Position numbers and translations under genes: made by a program. From an uncultured Nitrospinota bacterium (GTDB lineage: Bacteria > Tectomicrobia > Entotheonellia > J063 > CAVPRW01), in NCBI GenBank assembly GCA_963707985.1, contig CAVPRW010000008.1:1-64000 (forward strand): a stretch of DNA of 64,000 bases. The letters run 5' to 3'. Position 1 is the stretch's first letter. Each line of letters opens with the position of its first letter. Shown here one piece after another: positions 36,407 through 49,645 of the stretch. The notes under the pieces were generated by a model. It was not told the origin of the DNA, ran no database searches, and saw nothing but the letters and a program-made list of their open reading frames with translations.

Positions 36407-38302
36407 CTCACGGTTCGCTCAAATTTGGAGGGGTTTCAAACATTGTGGTAAGCTCTCTAGCTCTCGACGCAGAGCAATCCGTCATAAGGCGACGGCTGGC
36501 CTCCTTATGGACCCGCAGAGTGGGGTCGTCTGCGGGGTTCCAACAGCAAGAGAGCGGCATGACCGAGCCCCTGACCCTGACGACGGAACGTGTCGATGAT
36601 ATTCCCCTGTTACTGGCCCAGCTGGAGCGCATGGGGCTCCAACCCCTGTTGGACGAACATTTTCCCACCCATGGCAACTGGGTGGGCCTGAGCCTGGGAT
36701 GGGTGAGCGTGGTCTGGTTGACCCATATCCTCTCCGAGGGCGACCATCGACTGAACCACGTGGCCCCCTGGGCCAAACAACGCCTCCACACGCTGCGGGA
36801 GTGCACCGGGCAGCTGGTGCACCCGTTGGACGTCAGCGACGACCGGCTGGCGACGGTGCTGGAGGCCTTGAGCGACGATACGCCCTGGAACGCCTTTGAG
36901 GGGGCGCTCAATCAACACACACTGCGCGTGTATGATCTGCAGCCGGCCTGCGTCCGCTTGGATAGTACCACCGCCAACGGCCACTGGACCGTGACGGAAG
37001 ACGGGCTGTTCCAGTTTGGCCATAGCAAAGACCATCGCCCCGACCTGCCCCAGGTCAAGATCATGCTCTCGGCTCTGGATCCCCTGGGCATGCCGGTGGC
37101 GACGGACGTCGTGCCAGGGCCAGCGGGCCGATGATCCGCTGTACGTGCCCGCCATCACCCGCGTCCGGGAGGGCCTGGGGCGGCGCGGGCTGCTCGTATG
37201 TGGGCGATTGTAAGATGGCGGCCCTGGAGACCCGGGCCTTTATCCACGCCGGCGGCGATGACTACTTGTGCCCGTTGTCGGAGAGCCAGCTGCCGCCAGC
37301 GGTCTTGGCCGGCTATCTGGCGCCGGTGTGGACGGGCGAGCAGGCCTTGACCATGATACACCGCGCGCCGCCGGGCGGCACTCCAGAGCTGATCGCGGAG
37401 GGCTTTGAGCGGCTGGAGTCCGTGACCGCAGAGGTGGCCGGACAGCCGCACAACTGGCGGGAGCGGCGCTTGGTCATCCGGTCGTGCCAGCTGGCCCAGG
37501 CCGGGGAGCGGGGGCTGCGCGCCCGGCTGGCCAAGGCGCAGGCGGAGATCAGGCCCTCAACACGCGCGGCCGGGGCCAGCGACGGTACGCTGACCCGAGT
37601 GCCCTGCGGGAGGCGGTGGAGGCCATCCTGGCCCGCTATCGGGTGCAAGGCCTGTTGCACGTCCGCTATAAGGAACAATGGTGGGAGCAACCGGTGCGGC
37701 GGTATGGCGGCCGGGACTGCGACCGTGCGACTGGCGTGGGACGTCCAGGTGACGGTCAGTCTCGACGAGGAGGCGGTGGCCACGGCGGTGCGCCAGCTGG
37801 GCTGGCGGGTCTATGTCACCACCCAACCCCCGGAGCAGCTGTCCCTGCAGGAGGCCGTCCTGGCGTACCGCAATGAGTACCTGGTCGAGCGGGCGATGGG
37901 CCGCCTGAAAGGCCGGCCCTTGTCGCTGACCCCCATGTATCTGGAGCGGGATGACCATGCGACCGGGTTGATCCGCCTGTTGTCCATCGGCTTGCGGGTG
38001 CTGACGCTGCTGGAGTTTGGGGTCCGCCGGCGCTTGGCGACGGGCCAAGACCACGCTGGCCGGGTTGTATGTCGGCAACCCAAAACGGGCCACCGCGCAC
38101 CCGACGGCTGAACGCCTGCTGGAGGCCTTTCAAGGGCTGACGCTGACCATTCATCCGGGAAGGCCGCCGTCGGCGCCGTCATCTGACGCCCCTGTCTCGC
38201 GTGCAACAGCGCATTCTCACGCTCCTCGACTTCTCTGTGGACATCTATACGAGGCTCTGTCCCGATTCTCACAAACCGCCCTAAAAATGAGCGAACCGTG
38301 AG
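36407..38302 (+). mobile_element. IS1634-family copy B, complete; transposase 36559-38301 frameshifted
   Basis: IRs CTCACGGTTCGCTCA (36407) / TGAGCGAACCGTGAG (38288-38302); same motifs as copy A. Confidence 0.9.
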
Positions 38303-38428
38303 ATAAAGGTCGACAAATGAGTGAGACACCGTCGGTGTGCTCAGCCCGTGTACCTGTGTTTTCAGCACTGCCAATTGCGTCTCTAATGCCTTGATTCGGG
38401 CCGTAAAGGCCTTTTCAGTCATGGTCAA
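38303..38428 (-). pseudogene. 5' half of a putative antitoxin gene split by the composite transposon (3' half at ~33689-33783)
   Basis: MTMTEKAF...SFVDLY joins in frame to GILEGKAASSAEEIGAMHYRFEWEGHQER*, immediately upstream of the PIN gene. Confidence 0.75.
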
Positions 38429-38691
38429 TCACCTCAACTCATAACACGGGACTAGGTTTTGCTGTACCTATTGTCTCCGCGTCTGTACTATATCGAACCA
38501 CACGACATTGGTACACATGAATGGCAACGCCCCCAGTCGGACCGGTCTCTAGGAAATCCCGAGCGTATGGGTCTCATGTGGACCGATTTAGCATGGCCCT
38601 CGACGATAGCAGTTTCTTCTTCTGTCATCCCGCACAGTGACAGCCCTCGATGCGGCGTCACCAAACCAGCTTCTTACGATGTGACTAGCGC

Positions 38692-39641
<950 letters not shown>

Positions 39642-39860
39642 CCGTGCACCTCTGTCCAGCAGGCTGCACGCATCGTTCACGCGTCTGTGGAGGATCACCA
39701 GCGCGTCGCCCCTGTCGATTTCTTGCCCGCATATCTTACACTGTCGACCCGCTCGTTGCCTAGTCTCATCGGCTATAAAAATCCTCCTGAAGCCAGTGCG
39801 CATTCACGATACCTCCCGGCCCCAGGAAATTTGCCCCCTGGGATAACACTCCAGGCGGTT

Positions 39861-42800
39861 ACCCCACGTTCAAGGGGCTAGGTTTGGACCACACGATTTT
39901 TGCTTGGGAGAAAAGGCCCGCTAGGCTCCACAGCATGGAAGCTGCGATAAGACCTTATAGGCTTCTTAGAGGTCGTCTCACCACGTCTCGCGTGTCGGTC
40001 TCCGTAACGTCCTTCGATGTGTGCGCGGACCTGGCGGCACCATGTGACCACGCCGTTGCCTCACGGGCTGACGGTGAAGGGTTGAAGCGTGAGCCCGAGC
40101 AGGTCCCCGGTATCCACCTGGCCATCGGCAAAGGCCCCCGGTGGCGTGAGCAGGGTGAAGATGGTGTAGGACCCGGACGACTCCCCCCCGGTGAAGGTGT
40201 AGACGAAGAAGTCCTCAACGGTGGTCTCCTCCCCTGGCGGGAATTCGACGCATGCGAGCGAGGGGGGCGAACGTGCGCGGGTCAGCGTCGAGGCGGGTCA
40301 CCACACCGTCGAGTGGCGCCAGGCTGGTGACGAAGAGGACAGTCACCCCGTCGGGTAGGAGCACTCCGAGGTAGGCGTTCGCCGTGACGGTCGGCCCGGG
40401 ATGGTGGATACCCAGCGCGACCCGCAACGTCTCCCCAGCGAAACGTGGCTGATTCAGGCCGAGGGTGACGGTGACCGGCGAGAACTCGACGGCGCCGATG
40501 TCACAGGGGGTCACCCGCAGCTGGCCCGAGCTGATCGGTTGCGGGACACGTCGTCGGATCGCCCGCATCGATCGCCTGACTGGTAGGGAGTAGTGGGACG
40601 TAGCCTTGCCCGGGCGTGCCGTCATCGGTGAACGGCCCCAAGCCGGGGTCGCCGGTCCGGTCAGTCGCCGTGCTGGGACACCCGGTGAGATTCCCGAGGA
40701 GGTTATGGCCGACCAGAGATGAATGGAGCGTGACAATCGGGACCGGTCCCCGTCGGGGTCACCGAGTTATGGGCGAGGATTGTGTTCCGCGCGCCCAGAA
40801 TGTCCAGCGGGTCAAATGCCGCCAGTGCCGCTGGCACCGCCACCGACTCCGCCGCGTTGCCGCTGACCGTGCTGTTGGTGAGCGTCGCGGAGCACGGGTC
40901 CCCACGGCGATGCCCCCGCCACCGCCACCGGCTGGGTTCCCAATTAGCGTGCTGTTCGTGATCGTCATGGAGCTTGAGGGGGTGCCCGTGGCGATGCCGC
41001 CACCGCGGTCGTGCGACGTTGTCACTCACCGTGCTGTCGGTGATCATCAGCGTGGCAGTACTGTAGATGCCACCACCCGCTTCGCCGCATGGCCCCGCAG
41101 GAGGCTGTGCGTCATCGTGAGCGTGCCATGGTTCCGGACGCCACCTCCCCCGTCCGCAAGGCCTGCGAGGTCACCCCCCTGCAGGGTGAGTCCCTCCAGG
41201 GCGAGAGTCCCCTGCAAGGCCACGTGGAGGAGGCGGAACTGCGGGGCCCCGACCGCTCGTTCAATCATCGTGCTGTCGGCCCCGGCCCCTCGGAGAGTCA
41301 GCGGGCTGGTCACGGAGGGCAGGCCTGTCAGTCCATCGGTGTTGTTGTCGACGGCCGTCAGCGTATAGGGGCCCGCCGCTAAGGTAAGGGTATTGGCAGT
41401 CCCACTCGCATTGGCGGCGTTGATGGCAGTGATGAGGCAGGCCACATCCCCGGCGGCACACGCAAACTCGGCGGCATCCAGGGGGCGAGCCAGTCCCAGG
41501 AGACCAAGCAGCCCCGCTACGACCAGCCAGCCGCGGCCTGTCTTCATGGACCAACGCGCAATCGTCATGCGTCCCCCTTCATAGCTACTGAGCAGACATG
41601 CCTGCGACATGCAGGCGGAGACAGACGAGAGACAATGTCCCCTCGAGAGCGACGAGTGGCCTGTCAGGCATAGGGGGCGTGATGCGCCACTTGGCATGTT
41701 GCCCTGCCACGACCAGCGGGCACGGTCAGCGAGGTGCATGCGGCGCGAGTGTAGATCGGCCACGTGGCTGTGTCAATCATGAATAGAGGTGGCGCAATCA
41801 ATGTGGGATATGAGCTGAATCACCTGCGTGAGGTCACGCTGCCCATCAAGGATCCCTTCACCAGCACAGAAGAAGAGGTCTATGAGGTTTTATCGCAGCT
41901 TCCGTCCTGTAGGCCCCGCTATGGTCCGCGACGGCGCTCCGCCATGATGCTGTCGGGAGGAGACACTGACAGGAGGTGCATTATGGCTATGGCCGTGCAG
42001 CAGATTCATCCCATCGCGCATGTACCGCTGGTCCTGGGAGTCTTACGGCGCCTGGAGGTCGCCACCGGGATTGACCGCCTCATCCCGCCCCACGCGGCGC
42101 ATGTGCTCTCGTGTGGGCGTGGGGTCGAAGCCATGGTCCTCGCCATTCTGGATGGGGATCATGCCCTCTATAAGGTCGGGAGACGCCTGGAAGCGCGTGG
42201 CATGGTGGCGCTGCTGCAGCCGGGGCTCACGCGTGCCTCGCTCAATGATTACCGGTTAGGCCACATCCTCGATGCGCTGTTTGCCGCCAATCTCAATCAG
42301 TGTCTTCAGCGCTGTCGCCCTCAAAGCCCTGGAGGTCTATGCGATCCCAACGCCCTGGCTGCATCAAGATACCACGACCATTGCGCTCTATGGCGCGTAT
42401 GAGGATGAACCCCAGACCCCGGGGGCACCTCGCCCCGCCTACGGGCATAGCAAAGATGGGCGTGACGATCTCAAACAGGTGCTGCTCAGTCTCGGCGTGA
42501 GCGGGGATGGAGGAATACCCCTGCGCATCGGGGTGCGTGATGGCAACCGCAGCGATAGTGTGGAAACGCCCACTGGCGATTGAGGAGTGTCTGGCGTTGG
42601 GTTTGGAGGGATCCGTGGGATGGTCGCGGATAGCAAGGCCTATAGTTGCCGCACCTTGGGTTTGTGTTTGGAGCGTGGGATCGGCTTAGTGACGTGAGTC
42701 CCGCGCACCTGTGCCGTGCGTCAGGCACTCGAAGCCTGGGGGCGCCAGCAACTCGCCTTGCCCCTCTTGGTGGAGAAGCCCGGGCGGACCCAGGCCGAGG

Positions 42801-43735
42801 CGCCTCGCCACTGGCATGGGCAAAGCGTGCGCCGGCACGTGGAAGTCGAGTACGGCGATGGACAGATCACGCAGCACGAATTGCGCTTTGTCGTCGTGCG
42901 TTCGAGCCAACTGGCCCAGCGGCAAACCCACACGTTTGCCAGCGCCCAAGGGAAGGAAGCCGAGGCCGTGACCGAACACGTGCAGCGTGTGCACGCTCGG
43001 TGGTTCGGCTGCCTGCCCGACGCCGAAGCCGCTATCGCAGCGTATGCAGCACGAGGCCAGGGACGCCGAGGGCGCCGCCCACGCCTCTGGCGGTATCATA
43101 CCGTACGCTATCGCATTGTTGCCGCCAGCCGCCGCACGCGACGCGCTCGTCGGGGCCGTCCCGCCAAGACAGACCTACCGCCGACCGAGGTGGGCTATCG
43201 CCTGACCGTCGAGGTCGAAGCCCTGAGCAACTCTGCGGAGGACCATGGGTGGACCGTGCTGGCCACGACTGTGAGCCCTGAGACGTGTACGGATGCCGAA
43301 ATTCTCCAGGCCTATCAGGAGCAAAACACGACGGTGGAACCGGGCTTTCGCTGGATCAAGAATCCAGCGGCGATCAGCCCCGTGTGGCTGGAGAAGCCCG
43401 AACGGATCGCGGCGTTGGCGATGCTCACGGTACTGGGCTTGCTCGTCTACAGTATTATCCAGAGACAGGTCCGCCTCTACCTGCGCATCCATGACCAGCA
43501 GATGCCGGGGAACAAAGGTGCGACGGCCACACCAACGGCGGCAGTCGTGTTGGCATTGTTTGCCCACGTGGCCCTCGTCCAATTATGGATAGGCGATCAA
43601 GAGGTCGAGCAGATGTATGGTATCCAACCCCATCACCTGCTGCTCTGTGACGCACTAGGACTTGACGACTCGGGGTATAAAGTGCCTTCCGTGCAAAAAA
43701 ACGGCGGGTGCATTCAGACCCCTTGAACGTGGGGT
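39861..43735 (+). mobile_element. IS1634-family element carrying a passenger gene; transposase 41983-43726 frameshifted
   Basis: 17-bp IRs ACCCCACGTTCAAGGGG (39861-39877) / CCCCTTGAACGTGGGGT (43719-43735); HQDTTT, YGHSKDGRDDLKQ, VEPGFRWIK. Confidence 0.8.
40061..41568 (-). CDS. Secreted Gly/Thr/Ser-rich beta-helix (choice-of-anchor Q-like) surface protein; frameshifted
   Basis: Signal peptide, ACAAGDVACLITAINAAN, repeated GGGI..TITNST..GN, CDIGAVE. Confidence 0.7.
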
Positions 43736-43744
43736 GAGGAGCTG

Positions 43745-44235
43745 CTAGCGTTGGGGATTGAGTGGCTATGCCAGCTGACCGAGTGGCGCGCCGCGCTCGA
43801 GCAGCTCTATACAGGACGGGACGCGCCAGGCGGCTCCCGTTGCAACGGGCACGTGTGTGGCCAAAGCCGACGCCTCCTGTGCGCAAGCCGGGCATTGGCC
43901 CCTTCCGCTCAGGGCCCCATCGCCCGAGGCGATCACGGCGCTGCCGGTAGACGTGAAGGTGACACTCAACGCTTGCCCTGCGTGTGGGGGGCTCCCTGGG
44001 AGGAGGAGCGCGTCGCCTGTGCCTCTCAAACGAAGCTCCCCGAATGTCCCAGACCACAGGTGATCCAGTATCGCGGGTGGGGCTGTCGGGGCACGGTGTG
44101 TGGCCCTCAGGTACGTGGCTGGCATCCAAATCTGGGGTCAAAGACGATGATATATTCCCCAAAGGGACGATCCCAAATTCCCCACGTAAGCCAAACGAGG
44201 TTCGATACATCCTTGGGGGGCCGAGGGGGCCCTCA
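43745..44235 (+). pseudogene. Decayed IS66-like transposase fragment
   Basis: RKPG..., ACPACGG, QYR..C..CG..VRG zinc-finger-like segment. Confidence 0.55.
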
Positions 44236-44259
44236 GTGCTCCAAGGGAGGGGAGGGATG

Positions 44260-44430
44260 GTCAACGTACAGGAATGGGTACAGATTTTAGGAGGGTGCTG
44301 CCCGAACTGTGCATGGAGCCTTCGTCGGTAGCGATCAAGAACCTGGTCCAGAGTCCCATGATATTTCGCGCACCGTAGCGCCAGCATCTGGTTGGCATTC
44401 GTCACATACCACCTGGCGCCGGAGCCGTAC
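44260..44430 (-). pseudogene. 3' remnant of an ISKra4-like transposase
   Basis: GARWYVTNANQMLALRCAKYHGTLDQV. Confidence 0.5.
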
Positions 44431-44499
44431 CACCCCCCACCCGTGTCTCCACGGTGGTTAAGTCCCACATATTGTAATTTCAGTAAGACTGGCTCCCCC

Positions 44500-45426
44500 T
44501 TACTTGACAGCCCGGATGAAAATAGTATTGTTGAAGAAAGGTTCTTTGTTGAGCTCAGGGTTATCCTGCCATTTCCCCATGAGTTCATAGATCTCAGGTG
44601 TCTTCGAATTCCAATAACGGTTCCATGGCGCGTTCATATACGCGAGCTCATAGCGGCTGAAGTGTGCCTTCGCCATCAAGTTTACCACCTCGCAAGGCGT
44701 ATATTCTCGGTTATGACGATCGAAGCCCCCATAGAAAATTTCGGGATCCCAGAAAATGTTATCCCCTTTGATTAATGCCAGAACATTGCTAATGTTAGCA
44801 ACATTGGGGGTTGATAGGACCATGAGCCCACCCGGCTTCAGTACCCTTTTAATCTCTAGGAGGATTTTCAATGGATCGGTGACAGCAATATGCTCTAATA
44901 CCTCGGTAAAGACCACGTATTCGAAGAAGGCATCGGGGAAGGGGATTGGCTCGTGCTCGAACGCCACATGCTTGATTTTAAGGCGTTCCACCCATGATTG
45001 GCTCAGGTACTTCTTCAGGTATTCCGTATTAAGGTCAATGCCGTATACCTCAAAGCCTGCTTTGATTAACGCCATCGCCACATGACCTGGGGAACAGCCT
45101 AGGTCCAGAACCGTTCCCTTTGGGCGATCGACAATCAGCTGTAGAGCATATTGATACCGATCTCGCGAATTACGGAAGTACGCTAAAATATCTTCCCCCA
45201 TTGAAGCGATCTCATTTTTTACTTCTTCCAGTAGAGTTTCGGCCAATTGGAACGACGACTTGTTGACTAGTAGATTTGCCTTGGGAAATGCTCCCTCAAT
45301 GTTTGCTAGTGTGCTATCGGAGAGAGTTCTGGCAGGAGCTGCGGGGAAAAACTCCGACGGCTTGTGGAGACCTTTGCTGATCTGTCCCACGTGCTCCTCG
45401 ACCTCAATCGACTGCCCGTCATTCAT
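44500..45426 (-). CDS. Class I SAM methyltransferase (intact)
   Basis: VLDLGCSPG, FTEVLEH, RVLKPGG..STPN, HNREYT. Confidence 0.92.
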   Translation of the reverse strand: MNDGQSIEVEEHVGQISKGLHKPSEFFPAAPARTLSDSTLANIEGAFPKANLLVNKSSFQLAETLLEEVKNEIASMGEDILAYFRNSRDRYQYALQLIVDRPKGTVLDLGCSPGHVAMALIKAGFEVYGIDLNTEYLKKYLSQSWVERLKIKHVAFEHEPIPFPDAFFEYVVFTEVLEHIAVTDPLKILLEIKRVLKPGGLMVLSTPNVANISNVLALIKGDNIFWDPEIFYGGFDRHNREYTPCEVVNLMAKAHFSRYELAYMNAPWNRYWNSKTPEIYELMGKWQDNPELNKEPFFNNTIFIRAVK

Positions 45427-45536
45427 GACCTCTCCTTAATTCTGCCCTATGAGGTTGACCAAAGTTAGGTTACACAAAAGCGCTGACGTCATGGCTTCCA
45501 AGGGACGATTTGTAGACCAATTTACTGACCCGAACC

Positions 45537-46823
45537 CTGGTTGACTGACAAAAGTGAGGCGTCCTCTCCCACACTCCTCAGCTTGGTTTATACTCTCTTT
45601 GGGACAACCATTTTCCAAGGAGGGTCAACATGGAGAGCACGCCTCGTCTGTATGATACGCTGGTACACATCTTAAGCCAACATCAAAATTGGCTGGATCG
45701 TCGGCATCTCAAGACCCTGGCCTGGATGATGGTGGGCCTCATCCAGTCTGGAAAAATCAGTCTCACGGCGTGGGCACCCTATGTGCACAGCCGAGCCGTG
45801 TACGCGCAGAGCACGGTGCGGCGGTTTGCGCGCTGGCTCGACAATGACACGCATAGACGTGCATGCGCTCTATGGTCCCCTCATGCAGCAAGCCCTGGCC
45901 GAGTGGGGAAACCAGGTTCTGTATCTGGCCCTGGATACGTCGATGCTGTGGAATACCTACTGTTTGGTGCGCATCTCGCTCGTGTATCGTGGTAGGGCCG
46001 TCCCGCTCGTGTGGACAGTGCTGGAACACGCAAGCAGTCGCGTGGCCTATGACGTGTATAAAGCTGTGCTGGATCAGGTGGCTGAGCTGCTTCCTTGCCG
46101 GTGTACTGTCGTCTTTACCGCGGATCGTGGCTTTGCAGACACGCATCTTATGGAACATCTGACGGGTTGGGTTGGCATTGGCGCATTCGGATCAAAGGGA
46201 GTTTTTGGATATATCGCCATGGGAAGCGTCCCTGCAAAGTGAATCGTATTCCGTTGTCCCAGGGAAGGCGCTCTTCTGGCATCATGTCTCCATGACCAAG
46301 CAGGGTTATGGCCCCGTCCATCTGGCCCTGGGTCGGCCCATAGGCACGTCAGGAATACTGGTTCGTGGTGAGCGATGAGCCCACGGAGTCAAGAACGTTT
46401 GAGGAGTATGGACTGCGTTTTGACATCGAAGAGAACTTCTTGGATGATAAATCCAATGGGTTCCAGCTGGAGTCGTCGCTGATCCGTTCGGCGAACGCCC
46501 TAGAACGTCTCTGTTGCGTGCTGGCCCTCACGACCCTCTATCTGGTTGCCCAGGGCACAGAAGTGGTCACACAAGGCAAACGTCGCTGGGTCGACGCGCA
46601 TTGGTTTCGTGGCCAGAGCTATCTGAAGATTGGCTGGAATTGGGTGAAACTTGCCGTGAGTAAGGGGTATGATCTCATCACCAAATTGCATGTATCCCCT
46701 GAAGCCGATCCTGTCCCCGCCATGGCCTCAAAAATTCAGCCCCAGAAACACTCTCAGCTGTTCTTCGCTCTGGAGTTCCAAGATGCCGTCGCATGATAGT
46801 CCAGAGTTTTGTCAGTCAATCAG
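45537..46823 (+). mobile_element. IS4-family element; transposase 45630-46796 frameshifted
   Basis: IRs CTGGTTGACTGACAAAA / TTTTGTCAGTCAATCAG (16/17); LALDTS, ADRGF, YGLRFDIEENFLDDKS (YREK). Confidence 0.88.
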
Positions 46824-47027
46824 ATATCGAACCATACGACATTGGTACAGATGAATGGTAACGCCCCCAGTCGGACCGGTCTCTGGGAAATCCCGAGTGT
46901 AGAGCTCGAATGTGGACTGATTTAGCATGGCCCTCGACGATAGCAGTTTCTTTTTCTGTCATCCCGCACAGTGACAGCCTCTCGATCCGGCGTCACCAAA
47001 CCCTTCTTCAGACGATAGAACCGACGC

Positions 47028-48020
<993 letters not shown>

Positions 48021-48362
48021 TCACGCGGCAGGTGGAGGCTCACCAGTGCGTCGTCCTGTGACATCTTGCCCCCTTATCATACACGGTCTCCCCGCTCCTT
48101 GCCTAGTCTCTCAGGCCAGAAAAATCTCCGTGAAACCCCTGCGCATTCGCCATCCCTCCCAGCCCCAGGAAATTTACCCCCTGGGACAACGCTCCACACG
48201 GTTACCGTTCACCTAGGGCCGAAACAGGTAAGAATTATGGGTCCGCCTGGGAGGCGTCCATGCGTGGTGCGAGGGGTCAGCCCACCATATGGATCCCAAA
48301 TAGGAATTAAAGGGTAACACCACACGCTGATATTCAAAGGCCTGTCACCACAGGGCAGCTCG

Positions 48363-49614
48363 TCACTCGCCTCCCTTTCGCAATATAACTGACATACTCG
48401 ATGTCCTGAGGTCTTCTTCAGGGTATCTCTCTTTCAGTTTAGTGAATTCCTCCGACCGTTCCGCCCCCTCAATAGAAAAACTCTGATGAATATGTTTTTC
48501 GACAATATTGAGGTCTGTGTTGTTAAAAATTTCCAGATATTGGTTTACGCTATAACCATTGAGCGTGTCTAGGATGTTATCTACCTCGTTAGGCACTTTC
48601 CCGGCATCGAGAATGATCTTCTTAATCTCAGCTCTTTCATGGAGGAGATGGATTCCACGGAATGTCAGTCAGGCCAGATAAGTGATGACCCACATCGGAA
48701 AAATAGAGAGGACTGAACTGAAGAAAAACGTGTCCTCCGGGCTTTAACACGCGTGAGATCTCTTGCAACGCGCGGCCCGGATTAGGAATGTGCTCAAACG
48801 CATTCAGCGAGAAGACGAAGTCAAATAATCCATCCCGAAACAACAATTGCTGTGCATCCATCGTGAAGAAGGCACAGTTATCAATCACCTGCTCAAGTTG
48901 CTGAATCCGTTCAAAGCCGGGCTCCTGTATGAGGGCAGGCAAATGACGCCTCATGCGTCGCAAAAGCTCACCCCGAAAAGAGTCCCCTGTAATTGAGTCA
49001 TAGCGATGGAGATCGACCCCAAACACTCTGGCCCCCGTCCTCGCCGCTAAGAGAACTGTGCTCCACCCCATGCCTCCACCGACGTCCAGGATCATGCTAT
49101 CAGGACGTAGCATGCAGTTGTCCAGCGTTGCGGATAACGGAAACTCAGCGGCTCTGAAGACTCGTACTTGATCAGCTAAATAGCGCCTTTCATCGAAGCC
49201 ATCCCAACCACTATTGAGATCAATCGTATCGACCCCATATATGGGAAGACCCAAAATGCGTGGGTCGCTTTCCGATGGCTCTATATGATCCACACGGAAA
49301 CAAATTTCCACCGACCCTGATGTAGTCAAAGGCTTCGACGGCAGATGAAAATAATATGAGCCATAACGGTCAATCCGCTCGGTCCCGAGAAATGCCCCAT
49401 CGAGGTAGATTGTAAGATAGCACTCGTTGCGCCCGGTGGTTGCAGTGACTCTGAGCATGGGGCTCGCAAGGTGGATCAGGTGTTCCGTAGGCAACCAGCA
49501 CTTGGCCTCTTGCTTGATCCACCGGAAGGCATCCGGCAACTCTAGCTCATAGAACCCGTGTTCCTCAGGGTAGTCAGGAACGAAGATTTCCGATGTCGGG
49601 AATAGGCGGACCAT
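48363..49614 (-). CDS. SAM methyltransferase with N-terminal beta-rich domain; frameshift near 48640
   Basis: ILDVGGGMG, FSLNAFEHI, RVLKPGG; N-terminal GFYELE..FRW..DPRILG. Confidence 0.85.
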
Positions 49615-49645
49615 CTTGGGTAATCTCCCGCAACTGATTTACTGG

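Noticed and set aside
37811..38428. 205-aa minus-strand ORF
   Set aside because: Chimera of the split antitoxin N-terminus reading into the antisense of IS1634 copy B.
30000..38450. TA genes as integron cassettes
   Set aside because: No recurrent RYYYAAC...GTTRRRY attC pattern was seen, orientations are mixed, and there is no integrase.
39941..39966. Hairpin arm as a Xer/dif or hix-like site
   Set aside because: Only 4 bp separate ATAA and TTAT, there is no XerD arm, and no recombinase gene is in the window.
43455..44588. 377-aa minus-strand ORF
   Set aside because: Fortuitous read-through across ISKra4, IS66 and IS1634 remnants.
45527..46833. Target-site duplication of the IS4 element
   Set aside because: The flanks GACCCGAACC and ATATCGAACC share only the last 6 bases, which is not a clean TSD.
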